DNA of 41,015 nucleotides from Candidatus Micrarchaeota archaeon (GCA_018304385.1 JAGVWJ010000016.1:1-41015), one strand, 5' to 3'; shown: positions 19,033 through 28,454, numbered from the stretch's first letter. Numbers and translations: made by a program. The notes: a model not told the origin generated them from the sequence alone.

Positions 19033-19073
19033 ACTTCGATAAGCTTTTTTAATCTGAGTTTGTATCTTTAGAT

Positions 19074-19943
19074 ATGCAATTCTCAGATTTTTTTAAACTC
19101 GTTCGCTTTGAGCATGCAATAATGCTTGCAATCGCAGTTTTTATTGGAGAGACAGTAGTTCTTGGTCACATACCGGAATTCACAATTCTTATCCTGCTCT
19201 CATTATTAGTTCCTATATTTAGCGAAATGGGAAGTTTTGCATTAAATGATTATCTTGATGTTGATAGCGACAGATTAAATAAAAAAACTGAAAGGCCGCT
19301 TGTTCGCGGCGCAATTAAGCCTGATTTTGCATTTAAATTTGCATGGCTTGCTTTTATTGTTTCAACTGTGCTGGCGTTTTTTATTAATATTCCTACATTC
19401 GTAATAGCACTGATGTTTAACGCATTCGCAATTCTTTATAATTATAAGCTAAAGGATATGCCACTCCTTGGGAATATATACATTGCGAGTACAATGGCAA
19501 TACCATTCATCTTTGGAAATTTCGCTGTTTCTGCTAGATTAAGAGTAATCTCATTGGTTCTTGCAATGCTAGGATTTATTTCTGGTATAGCAAGAGAAAT
19601 CGTTAAAAGTATTCAGGATATGGAAGGCGATATGCTTGCAAGAAAGGCGCAAACACTGCCTATTCTAATTGGAAGGAAGAATGCAAGTATATTTGCAGTT
19701 ATTTTTTATATAATGTTTATTCCGCTTAGTTATACGCCATTTCTTTATGGATTAAAAATGTCTGCTATTCCGATGATTTTAATATTTATTGGAAACTTAG
19801 GTATCTTATATAATATACTTTTAGTATACAAGGCAATACATGAAAGCGATAAGTCGTCAAAACAATATCTAAAAAAAGCAAGGAATGTGACGCTTGCTGC
19901 ATTGTTTATTGGATTGGTTGGGTATTTAGCTGCGGTTATATAA
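19074..19943 (+). CDS. UbiA prenyltransferase, probably digeranylgeranylglyceryl phosphate synthase
   Basis: NDYLDVDSDRLNK..RPLVRG and AREIVKSIQDMEGD; polytopic membrane protein. Confidence 0.88.
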   Translation: MQFSDFFKLVRFEHAIMLAIAVFIGETVVLGHIPEFTILILLSLLVPIFSEMGSFALNDYLDVDSDRLNKKTERPLVRGAIKPDFAFKFAWLAFIVSTVLAFFINIPTFVIALMFNAFAILYNYKLKDMPLLGNIYIASTMAIPFIFGNFAVSARLRVISLVLAMLGFISGIAREIVKSIQDMEGDMLARKAQTLPILIGRKNASIFAVIFYIMFIPLSYTPFLYGLKMSAIPMILIFIGNLGILYNILLVYKAIHESDKSSKQYLKKARNVTLAALFIGLVGYLAAVI

Positions 19944-19945
19944 TA

Positions 19946-20197
19946 TGGGGTTGCCCAGAGTTTCAACTATTATTATACTTATAGGAAACCGCCGGCCTAA
20001 TCTAAGATATTTCTTAGAGACGGCCTTCCAGGTGTCACTTCGTTCCGCCGGCAGTCTAAGTATAAACTAAGGTCCACCTCACTTTTCTTTTGGAGTGAGA
20101 CCTCAGCCCTTTTCTTTTCGAAAAAGAAAAGGTCTAGGTTTGAACTGGGATCAATGCCTCCCGAAGGCACCAGTCTACCAGGTTAGCCCACAACCCC
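19946..20197 (-). tRNA. tRNA-Pro(CGG) with a 179-nt intron at position 59/60 (19960-20138)
   Basis: 5' exon GGGGTTG-TG-GGCTAACCTGGTAGACT-G-GTGCC-TTCGGGA-GGCAT-TGAT-CCCAG-TTCAAA (20197-20139); 3' exon T-CTGGG-CAACCCC-A (19959-19946). Splice motif is CCCAG/CTGGG + TTCA/TGAA + 3-nt bulges AA|C and AC|T. Spliced product is 73 nt. Confidence 0.9.
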
Positions 20198-20254
20198 ATT
20201 TGTTATTTACAATTAAAGGCAAATCTTTTTTAATATCCTTATAATAACTCCCTT

Positions 20255-20992
20255 ATGCAAAGCATGCTTGATTATCTGCTTACCCCAAAAAATCCGAAAG
20301 CGTTAATTGAGAAGTTCAAGGATTTTGCGACTGATACGTTTGGTGATGGTCTGGTAAGTATTGTTCTTTATGGCAGCGCAGCCTCTGGCGAATATAAAAA
20401 AGGAGTGAGCGATCTAAATCTTGTTATAGTGTTAAAACAGATTGATTTTGATATTTTGAAATTGTTCGCATATCGCATGACTAAACTGGGTCTTGGCAGT
20501 AACCTAATAAGAGCGCCACTTATTCTTACAGAAAAAGAGCTAAGCGATTTTTCAACTAACTTTCCTATGGAATTTTTAAGCATTTATAACAATCACATGT
20601 GCCTTTATGGAAAAGATCTATTTGAAAAGTTAAAAATAAACAAAGAAGCGCTAAAGCGCGAAGTACTTGCAGAATTGAATTCCAAGCTAATAAGATTCAG
20701 GCAGCTCTATTTAGATGCAAAAAGGGCAAAACGGCCAAAGTCATTTTTAATCTCCTCTGTATCAGCATTTTCTCAGATAATTAAGGCCTTGCTTTACCTA
20801 AAAGGCGTTACAGTACCTAAATCAAAAGAAGAAAGACTAGAAAAACTAGAAAAAGTGCTTAAAATTGATATTAAACCATTAGAGCTTGCTCACAGTATGA
20901 AATACAAAGACGCTAATCCAAATCAAGATGAAATTGATGAAGCACTATTGAAGATGCCTGGGATGATTAAAGGATTTATTGACTATTTATAA
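20255..20992 (+). CDS. Nucleotidyltransferase domain protein (Pol-beta superfamily) with helical C-domain
   Basis: SIVLYGSAASGEY....SDLNLVIV (GS...DxN/D motif). Confidence 0.8.
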   Translation: MQSMLDYLLTPKNPKALIEKFKDFATDTFGDGLVSIVLYGSAASGEYKKGVSDLNLVIVLKQIDFDILKLFAYRMTKLGLGSNLIRAPLILTEKELSDFSTNFPMEFLSIYNNHMCLYGKDLFEKLKINKEALKREVLAELNSKLIRFRQLYLDAKRAKRPKSFLISSVSAFSQIIKALLYLKGVTVPKSKEERLEKLEKVLKIDIKPLELAHSMKYKDANPNQDEIDEALLKMPGMIKGFIDYL

Positions 20993-21014
20993 TATTATTA
21001 GGTGAAATCTAATT

Positions 21015-22685
21015 ATGTCCAACGACCTAACCTCAATTATCCGCAAGCACGCTCTAAAGAATGCCTTAGACTTCGGCAAAGCAAATATTGGTTCGGTAGT
21101 TGGCAAGGTAATCGCTGAAATGCCTACGTGCAAAAGTGATATGAAAACAACAATGCAGAATATAAATGAGATTGTTAACGAAGTAAATAAAATGACTAAG
21201 GATAAGATAGAAAGCGAGCTAAAGAACTACTCATTTATAGAAAAACCAAAAGAAGAGAAGAAAGGTTTTGATATCCAAAATGCCGAAATGGGCGAAGTAA
21301 TCACTCGTTTTCCGCCAGAACCTTCAGGTTATCCGCACATTGGTCATGCAAAAGCTGCATTTTTAGATTATGAAATTGCGAAGCAATTTAATGGTAAATT
21401 TATCTTGCGCTTTGATGATACTAATCCAGAAAAAGAAGAGCAGAAATTTGTGGAAGCAATTAAAGAAGGTCTAGTGTGGCTTGGAATAAAGTGGGATGCG
21501 GAAACTTATACAAGCGATAATATCGAATCTATTTATGCCCATTGCTCAGGGCTCATTGCCAGAGGCTACGCATATATCTGTACTTGCAAACAGGAACAGA
21601 TAAGCGAACTACGCACTAGTATGAAAGAGTGCAGTTGTAGAAACAAATCAATAAATGAACAAGAACAAACTTGGGACACAATGATTCAAGGAAAAGTTAA
21701 AGAAGGCCAAGCAATTCTCCGCTTTAAAGGTGATATGAAATCTTTGAATACTGTTATGCGTGATCCAACGCTTGCGCGTATTATAACTAAGAAACATTAT
21801 CGTCAAGGAACGAAGTATAAGGTATGGCCAAGCTATGATTTAGCCGTAGTAGTTATGGATGCACTTGAATCTATAACCCACCCAGCAAGAACAAAGGAGT
21901 ATGAATTACGCGATGAATTATATTACGCATTATGTGTTGCATTAGGATTTAAACGACCAAATTTAATCGGTTTCTCGCGTTTGGAAATAAAGAACGCACC
22001 AATCAGCAAGCGATTGCTTAAGCCGCTAGTTGAAGAAGGCAAGGTTGATGGATGGGACGATCCAAGACTACCAACGCTTGCTGGCTTAAAGCGAAGAGGT
22101 GTTTTACCAGAAGCAATTCGTACATTCGTACTATCATTTGGATTAAGCAAAGTAGAAAGCGAACCAACCTGGGAGCGATTGCTCGTAGAGAATAAGAAGC
22201 TACTTGATCCTGTTGCAAAGCATTATTTCTTTGTTCCAGATCCAATTGAGCTTTCTACAGAACATAAAAATACTGTTTCTTATAGGATAAAAGGGGAAGA
22301 AAGAAAAGCTAAAATTAATGGAAAGATTTACATTTCCAAATCTGATTTCAAAAATTTGACAAAAGACGAAGTATTTGCGCTAAAGGATTTAGTATTCGTA
22401 AAATTTGATGGTAAAAAACTGATTGAAGTAAAGCAAAATGAAATCCCAGAAAAGAAATTTCAATGGGTAAGCGCTTCTGATAGTTTAAAATGCGAGGTTT
22501 GGATTCCACATGACTTGCTTGAAAATGGCGAATATAATAAAAACAGCTTAGAAATTGCTAAAGGATACTGCGAAAGCGCTTGTGCAAACATAAAAGAAGG
22601 AGAAATGATTCAATTCGAGCGCTTTGGATTCTGTAGATTGGATAAAAAAACTAAAGGAAAGCTTTATTTTGTTTATAGTTGTTAA
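21015..22685 (+). CDS. gltX: Glutamyl-tRNA synthetase, archaeal type
   Basis: RFPPEPSGYPHIGHAKA, LRFDDTNP, ISKR, GWDDPRLPTL, QFERFGF. Confidence 0.96.
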   Translation: MSNDLTSIIRKHALKNALDFGKANIGSVVGKVIAEMPTCKSDMKTTMQNINEIVNEVNKMTKDKIESELKNYSFIEKPKEEKKGFDIQNAEMGEVITRFPPEPSGYPHIGHAKAAFLDYEIAKQFNGKFILRFDDTNPEKEEQKFVEAIKEGLVWLGIKWDAETYTSDNIESIYAHCSGLIARGYAYICTCKQEQISELRTSMKECSCRNKSINEQEQTWDTMIQGKVKEGQAILRFKGDMKSLNTVMRDPTLARIITKKHYRQGTKYKVWPSYDLAVVVMDALESITHPARTKEYELRDELYYALCVALGFKRPNLIGFSRLEIKNAPISKRLLKPLVEEGKVDGWDDPRLPTLAGLKRRGVLPEAIRTFVLSFGLSKVESEPTWERLLVENKKLLDPVAKHYFFVPDPIELSTEHKNTVSYRIKGEERKAKINGKIYISKSDFKNLTKDEVFALKDLVFVKFDGKKLIEVKQNEIPEKKFQWVSASDSLKCEVWIPHDLLENGEYNKNSLEIAKGYCESACANIKEGEMIQFERFGFCRLDKKTKGKLYFVYSC

Positions 22686-22692
22686 TCTCTCA

Positions 22693-23142
22693 ATGCGCTG
22701 TCCATATTGCTCTTCTGCAAGAACAAGTGTACTTGATTCACGTGTAGCCGGAGGCAAAGAAGCAATACGTCGCAGACGCGAATGCAGAAAATGCAAAAAA
22801 AGATTCACTACTTACGAGCGCGTTGAGCTCTTGGATATCAAGGTGATTAAAAAAGACGGTCGCGTTGAGCCGTTCCACTATGAAAAACTATTCAAGGGTA
22901 TAATGGCAGCATGCGAAAAACGTTCTGTCAGTAGAGAACAAATAGAAAATATTGTAGATGACATAGAACGAGAGTTGCGAAAAAAAGAAAAAACAGAAAT
23001 AAAAAGCACAGATATTGGCGAAATGGTCATGTCCCGCTTAAAGAAGATAGATAAAGTAGCTTATGTGCGATTCGCAAGCGTTTATCATGAATTTGAAGAT
23101 GTTTCTGAATTTGCAAAGAAGGTTAAAGAACTGAAAAAATAA
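22693..23142 (+). CDS. nrdR: Transcriptional repressor NrdR
   Basis: MRCPYC...DSR...IRRRRECRKCKKRFTTYER zinc ribbon plus ATP-cone, ending DKVAYVRFASVY. Confidence 0.95.
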   Translation: MRCPYCSSARTSVLDSRVAGGKEAIRRRRECRKCKKRFTTYERVELLDIKVIKKDGRVEPFHYEKLFKGIMAACEKRSVSREQIENIVDDIERELRKKEKTEIKSTDIGEMVMSRLKKIDKVAYVRFASVYHEFEDVSEFAKKVKELKK

Positions 23143-23236
23143 ATATTTTCTTTAATTCTTTACATTTTTTCAACAATTTTACAAAATTTTTTCATGACGT
23201 CAAGACCTTTTTGCTTTCCAAACTACAACAGATCAA

Positions 23237-23252
23237 ACACAACTAATAGGTC
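23237..23252. promoter_or_regulatory. Putative NrdR box 1
   Basis: ACACAACTAATAGGTC resembles the NrdR box acaCwAtATaTwGtgt; starts 32 bp before box 2. Confidence 0.6.
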
Positions 23253-23268
23253 TATTTTCTTTTATATC

Positions 23269-23284
23269 ATACTACTAATAGTAT
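23269..23284. promoter_or_regulatory. Putative NrdR box 2
   Basis: ATACTA-CTAA-TAGTAT is a 16-bp palindrome-armed site upstream of redoxin-nrdJ. Confidence 0.68.
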
Positions 23285-23386
23285 ATTTTTTTGTAGCAAC
23301 CTTTTTATATCTTTTCGATTAAACTAATCCTGCGCAATTGTTTTTTCGAACGCACGCGATAAAATAAAAAAATAAGGTGACCAACC

Positions 23387-23632
23387 ATGACCGGAATAAA
23401 GTCTTATCTATTATTTACTACGCCGTTTTGTAAATTTTGTCCAACTGTAAAAGAATTTATGTCAACCGTTAGTCTAGCTGGTGCGAACGTTGATGCAACA
23501 AAAGAAGAGGATAAGGCAATTAATTTTGGCGTAAACAAAGTTCCAACAGTAGTTTTCTTAGATAATCTTGGAAAAGAAGTAACTAGAGCTCATAATGTTT
23601 CTGAAATTCGGGAAATACTAAACGACTATTAG
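23387..23632 (+). CDS. Thioredoxin/glutaredoxin-like redoxin (NrdH-like)
   Basis: CKFC active site and cis-Pro motif VNKVPT; GGTGA RBS; immediately upstream of nrdJ. Confidence 0.85.
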   Translation: MTGIKSYLLFTTPFCKFCPTVKEFMSTVSLAGANVDATKEEDKAINFGVNKVPTVVFLDNLGKEVTRAHNVSEIREILNDY

Positions 23633-23665
23633 CAGTGGGTCGTGAGCAATGAGCCTTGGGCATTG
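23631..23665. repeat. Degenerate tandem heptamer array between redoxin and nrdJ
   Basis: AGCAGTG GGTCGTG AGCAATG AGCCTTG GGCATTG (five units, consensus RGYMNTG). Confidence 0.62.
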
Positions 23666-23679
23666 GGGGATATGAGACG

Positions 23680-26600
23680 ATGGAAAAAGTAAAGGAAAGA
23701 AAGGTTATGAAACAGGTGGAATATGCAGAAGGAAAAGGTTTAGTAGTGACAAGACGGTTTACCAAAAAAGGTGTAGATCCATATAGTGGGATTGAATTTG
23801 AATTACGTAATAGCATTATTAGAAATCCAGATGGTTCAATTGTTTATGAAATAAAAGATGTTGAAGTTCCTAAGTTTTGGACACAAGTAGCAACTGATAT
23901 TCTAGCCCAAAAATATTTTAGAAAGGCTGGCGTACCCAATACTGGAACCGAAAAAAGTGTAAAACAAGTAATTGACAGGATGACAAAATGCTGGCGATAT
24001 TGGGGCGAGCGTTATGGCTATTTTGCAAGCGAGGATGATGCCCAAGCATTTGAAGATGAATTAAAGCATATGCTTGTTTATCAGATGGCAGCACCTAATT
24101 CTCCACAATGGTTTAACACTGGTTTAGCATTATCTTATGGAATTACTGGCACTCCCCAAGGTCATTGGTATGTTGATCCAGAAACTGCAGAGACAACGCT
24201 TGCACCAGATGCATATACACATAGTCAAGCTCATGCATGCTTTATCCAAACTGTTAATGATGATTTAGTAAGCGAAGGTGGCATATTTGACTTAGTACTG
24301 CGCGAAGCGCGTGTATTTAAGTATGGCTCAGGTACTGGCAGTAACTTTTCAAACTTGCGTGGGAAAGGTGAGAAACTTAGTGGGGGAGGAAGCAGCTCTG
24401 GTTTAATGAGCTTTTTGAAAATATTTGATAGAGCAGCAGGCGCTATAAAATGCCTTCATGAAGATACTGAGTTGGTTACAACGCGTGGAGTTACCAAAAT
24501 TAAAGATATGAAAAAAGGAGATTTTGTAATTACTAGGGATGGGTTTAAAGAAGTAACAAATATTTTTGACAATGGAGTTCAAGATCTTGTAACTGTTAGA
24601 ACTGGTTTAGGTTTTGAGATCAACTGTACCCAAGAACACAGATTCTGGGTAAGAACATCATCTGGTGAAGAGCTTTGGAAAGAAGCAAAGGAAATAACTC
24701 CTTATGATTTTGTATGCATTGATTTTTCTGGATATGATGGTTTCGGATATAAGGAATTAAAACCAATAAGTCTTGAGCATCATAATGAGAAAGAGGTTAA
24801 ATTCCCTAGATATCTTAATGAGAAATTTGCAGAATGGTTAGGTTGGATATTTGGCGATGGAAACGTTACAGATAGAAAGTATGCTGCTTATATAGGTGTT
24901 CAGATTGGCGATAGTGAGACAGACCTTGTCGATAAGTATACTACATTAGTAAAAGACCTTTTTGGAGTCCATGTTTTTCTGAACAGAAGGCACGATAAGA
25001 AAGATAAATCACTAAGTCTAAGAATTGCATCTAGACCTTTAATTAGATTTTTAAGAGAAAATGGCATTTGCAAAGGTAAAGCAAGAGATATTAGCATTCC
25101 AAAATATATAAAAGAATCGCCAAGCTCTGTTCGCGCAGCCTTTTTAAGAGGTTTTTTTGAGGCAGATGGTACAATCGAAAGAGGTCTTTATCCAGCATGT
25201 TCGTCAATAAGCAAGGATATGATCCAAGACATCCAATTATTACTTCAAAGTATCGGGGTGATTTCTAAATCATTTGTTTCAGAACACAGAGAAAATTCAT
25301 TTGGAAAAAATCCGCTTCATCGCATTATAGTAACCTCTTCATTTGGAATAAGGGAATTTTCGAATAGGGTTTCTTTCATTTCAAATAGAAAAAAATCAAT
25401 AGTTGCCAAGGCATTAAACTTTTTACAAGATAGACCATTTGAGCAACAATGGGTTCTACCTTACTTTGAAGAGCAATTTGAGGAGATGTATGCTAATCTT
25501 CCTGCTAATCTTAACAAACTTGGTGTTAGAAGATCAACAAGTAAATATTTCAGGGAAACCACAGGCAAAACAAATTTCAACAGGTTCAGAGCAAATATAC
25601 TTATAAAAATGTTTCCTGACCTGGAAGACACATTTATCGCAAAATTAGCTAAATCTAATATATATTACGATACAGTTACTGTAGAAAAAGCTAGCGAAGG
25701 GCGTGTTTATGATATAGAAGTTAACAATGGTCATCAGTATCTAGTGAATGGAGTTATAACCCATAATTCGGGCGGAACAACTCGTCGTGCCGCAAAGATG
25801 GTAATTATAGATGCGGATCATCCTGAAATAGAAAGTTTCATAAATTGGAAAGTAAATGAAGAGCAAAAAGTAGCTGACTTATACACTGGCAGCAGGATAA
25901 ATCAAAAATACTTAAATAAAATAATGAAAGTTGCGCATGAGCAAAAGACTACTGATTGGAAACAAAACAAAGAATTAAGGCGCGTAATTTTATCAGCGCT
26001 TACAAGAAACGTTCCATTTACATATATTACGCGCGCTCTTCAATTAGTAGAACAAGGAAAAGCAAATATTGATTTTCCAGTTTATGATACACATTATGAA
26101 GGTGAAGCATATATTACAGTAAGCGGTCAAAATAGTAATAATAGCATAAGAATTCCAAATAGATTTATGGATGCAGCAAAGAACAATGACAAGTGGCCAT
26201 TAATTGGGCGTACAACAGGATCAGTAATCAAGACATTGGATGCTCGTGATCTATGGAATAAGATTTCTTATGCAGCATGGTCATGTGCTGACCCAGGCAT
26301 ACAGTTTGATGATCATATAAATGAATGGCATACCTGCCCAACTGATGGAAAAATTTATGCAACGAACCCATGTAGTGAATATATTTTTCTTAACGATACA
26401 GCTTGTAATCTCGCAAGTATAAATCTAATGAAATTCCTAGATGAAGAAACTGGGAGATTTGATGTTGAGACATTTAAGCATGCAACACGATTATGGACAG
26501 TTGTATTAGAAATATCTGTATTAATGGCAGGATTTCCAAGCAAAGAAATTGCAACAAAAAGCTACGAGTTTAGAACACTAGGTTTAGGATATGCAAATCT

Positions 26601-28425
26601 AGGTACGCTATTAATGGTTTTAGGAATTCCTTATGATAGTGAAGAAGCACGGGCAATTGCCGGTACGCTAACTGCAATATTATGTGGTGAGAGCTATGCA
26701 ACAAGCGCAGAAATGTCAAAGTATTTTGGTTCATTCCCTGCGTATAATAGAAATGCAGAACATATGCTCCGCGTAATAAGAAACCATAGACGCGCTACGT
26801 ATAATGTGCCTACAGAAGAATATGAAGGATTAACAGTAAAACCAGTAGCAATAAATCCAAAATACTGCCCAGATTATTTATTACAAGCAGCACGTGAATG
26901 CTGGGATCGCGCTTTAAGCGAAGGAACTAAATACGGATATAGGAATGCGCAGGTTACAGTTATCGCGCCAACAGGCACTATCGGGCTCGTCATGAGTTGT
27001 GATACAACTGGAATAGAACCAGATTTTGCAACTGTTAAATTCAAAAAGTTAGCTGGCGGTGGTTATTTCAAAATAGTTAATGACGCAGTTTCAAAAGCGC
27101 TTAAGCGCTTTGGCTATTCCACACAGCAAATAAAAGAAATAGAAGAATATTGCCGTGGCCATGGTACGCTTGCTAATTGTCCTCATATAAATCCAGAAAC
27201 ACTTAGAGCAAAAGGGTTTACTGATGAAAAACTCCAGAATATTGAATCATTGTTATCAAATACATTTGACCTAAAATTTGTTTTTAATAAGCTCACACTT
27301 GGTGAAGAATTTTGTATAAATAAACTAGGAATAAAAAAAGAGCAATTGGATAATCCAGAGTTTGATCTTCTTGCTACTTTAGGATTTACGAGCGAGCAGA
27401 TCAGAATTGCAAATGATTATGTTTGCGGAACAATGACAATAGAGGGCTCGCCACATTTAAGACAAGAACATTATGCGATTTTTGATTGCGCAAATAGATG
27501 TGGAAAATATGGTAAGCGATTCATTGATTATATGGCACATGTTAAGATGATGGGTGCAGTCCAGCCATTTATTAGCGGGGGCATATCAAAAACCATAAAC
27601 ATGCCAAACGAGGCAACTGTTGATGATGTAAAAAATGTCTATGATCAGTCATACAATCTAATGGTAAAATGCATTGCGCTCTATCGCGATGGCAGCAAGC
27701 TTAGTCAACCACTTAATTCACAAGCAGAAGATGAAAATAAATTGCTATCATTAGTAGGAAATGTAGAGGAAGTAGATGAAACAGTTGGTGATAAGCAATT
27801 ACAAGAGGTTATAGTACGCGGTATGAGGAAAAAACTTCCATCAAAACGCGCAGGTTTTGTGCAAGAAGCGCGCGTAGGAGGGCAAAAGATATTTGTGCGC
27901 ACTGGTGAATATCCAGATGGAGCGCTTGGCGAAGTATTTATTGATACATATAAAGAAGGCGCAGGCTATCGTTCGCTGCTTAATTGCTTTGCAATTGCGG
28001 TTAGCAAAGGCTTACAATATGGTGTTCCGTTAGATGAGTTTGTTGAAACATTTACATTTACTAGGTTTGAGCCTTCTGGTGTTGTAAGCGGTCATTCCAA
28101 TGTAAAACAAGCATCTTCGATTATAGATTATGTATTTAGAGTACTTGGCTATGAGTATTTACATAGAACAGATTTGGTACACGTAATTGATGAAGATAAA
28201 AAAGAGCTTACAGTTAAACCAACAGTTCCACCAGAAAAAGACGAAATGCAGAAGATAAAAGTTGAAATACCAAAAATTGTAGATTCTGAGACTGGCAAAA
28301 TCTTAGAAGCAAAAACCCAAGGATTCACTGGTGAGCAATGCGGTAAATGCGGCAGCATGCGCGTAAAGCAGAATGGCGCTTGCGCTGTTTGTGTAGATTG
28401 TGGAGAGACGACTGGGTGTAGTTAA
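23680..28425 (+). CDS. nrdJ: Class II (adenosylcobalamin-dependent) ribonucleotide reductase containing an intein
   Basis: APNSPQWFN, HACFI, GSGTGSNFS, TNPCSEY (thiyl Cys), ACNLASINL, APTGTIG, ISKTINMP, TSCPD region and C-terminal CxxC..CxxC. Start uncertain (23656/23680/23710). Confidence 0.95.
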   Translation: MEKVKERKVMKQVEYAEGKGLVVTRRFTKKGVDPYSGIEFELRNSIIRNPDGSIVYEIKDVEVPKFWTQVATDILAQKYFRKAGVPNTGTEKSVKQVIDRMTKCWRYWGERYGYFASEDDAQAFEDELKHMLVYQMAAPNSPQWFNTGLALSYGITGTPQGHWYVDPETAETTLAPDAYTHSQAHACFIQTVNDDLVSEGGIFDLVLREARVFKYGSGTGSNFSNLRGKGEKLSGGGSSSGLMSFLKIFDRAAGAIKCLHEDTELVTTRGVTKIKDMKKGDFVITRDGFKEVTNIFDNGVQDLVTVRTGLGFEINCTQEHRFWVRTSSGEELWKEAKEITPYDFVCIDFSGYDGFGYKELKPISLEHHNEKEVKFPRYLNEKFAEWLGWIFGDGNVTDRKYAAYIGVQIGDSETDLVDKYTTLVKDLFGVHVFLNRRHDKKDKSLSLRIASRPLIRFLRENGICKGKARDISIPKYIKESPSSVRAAFLRGFFEADGTIERGLYPACSSISKDMIQDIQLLLQSIGVISKSFVSEHRENSFGKNPLHRIIVTSSFGIREFSNRVSFISNRKKSIVAKALNFLQDRPFEQQWVLPYFEEQFEEMYANLPANLNKLGVRRSTSKYFRETTGKTNFNRFRANILIKMFPDLEDTFIAKLAKSNIYYDTVTVEKASEGRVYDIEVNNGHQYLVNGVITHNSGGTTRRAAKMVIIDADHPEIESFINWKVNEEQKVADLYTGSRINQKYLNKIMKVAHEQKTTDWKQNKELRRVILSALTRNVPFTYITRALQLVEQGKANIDFPVYDTHYEGEAYITVSGQNSNNSIRIPNRFMDAAKNNDKWPLIGRTTGSVIKTLDARDLWNKISYAAWSCADPGIQFDDHINEWHTCPTDGKIYATNPCSEYIFLNDTACNLASINLMKFLDEETGRFDVETFKHATRLWTVVLEISVLMAGFPSKEIATKSYEFRTLGLGYANLGTLLMVLGIPYDSEEARAIAGTLTAILCGESYATSAEMSKYFGSFPAYNRNAEHMLRVIRNHRRATYNVPTEEYEGLTVKPVAINPKYCPDYLLQAARECWDRALSEGTKYGYRNAQVTVIAPTGTIGLVMSCDTTGIEPDFATVKFKKLAGGGYFKIVNDAVSKALKRFGYSTQQIKEIEEYCRGHGTLANCPHINPETLRAKGFTDEKLQNIESLLSNTFDLKFVFNKLTLGEEFCINKLGIKKEQLDNPEFDLLATLGFTSEQIRIANDYVCGTMTIEGSPHLRQEHYAIFDCANRCGKYGKRFIDYMAHVKMMGAVQPFISGGISKTINMPNEATVDDVKNVYDQSYNLMVKCIALYRDGSKLSQPLNSQAEDENKLLSLVGNVEEVDETVGDKQLQEVIVRGMRKKLPSKRAGFVQEARVGGQKIFVRTGEYPDGALGEVFIDTYKEGAGYRSLLNCFAIAVSKGLQYGVPLDEFVETFTFTRFEPSGVVSGHSNVKQASSIIDYVFRVLGYEYLHRTDLVHVIDEDKKELTVKPTVPPEKDEMQKIKVEIPKIVDSETGKILEAKTQGFTGEQCGKCGSMRVKQNGACAVCVDCGETTGCS
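24451..25767 (+). mobile_element. 439-aa intein with LAGLIDADG homing endonuclease in nrdJ
   Basis: Begins with C (CLHEDT) and ends THN with +1 Ser. WLGWIFGDG and FLRGFFEADG blocks are present. Removal restores AAGAIK/SGGTTRRAAKM. Confidence 0.95.
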
Positions 28426-28454
28426 ATTCTTGGGTGGATCAGATTGGTGAGGTT

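Noticed and set aside
19960-20138. GC-rich structured RNA as RNase P RNA, SRP RNA, hammerhead ribozyme or C/D guide
   Set aside because: No RNase P GAGGAAAGTCC or P4 motifs, no SRP helix-8 motif, no CUGANGA/GAAA hammerhead core, and no clean RUGAUGA plus CUGA pair. It is bracketed by the two halves of tRNA-Pro. Needs an Rfam scan to exclude formally.
20255-20992. CCA-adding enzyme (none of the three tRNAs encodes CCA)
   Set aside because: Too short and lacking class I CCA-adding enzyme architecture beyond the generic NTase motif.
23143-23680. Cobalamin riboswitch upstream of B12-dependent nrdJ
   Set aside because: No B12-box or GGGAA/GCCACTG elements are visible, and the redoxin-nrdJ spacer is too short.
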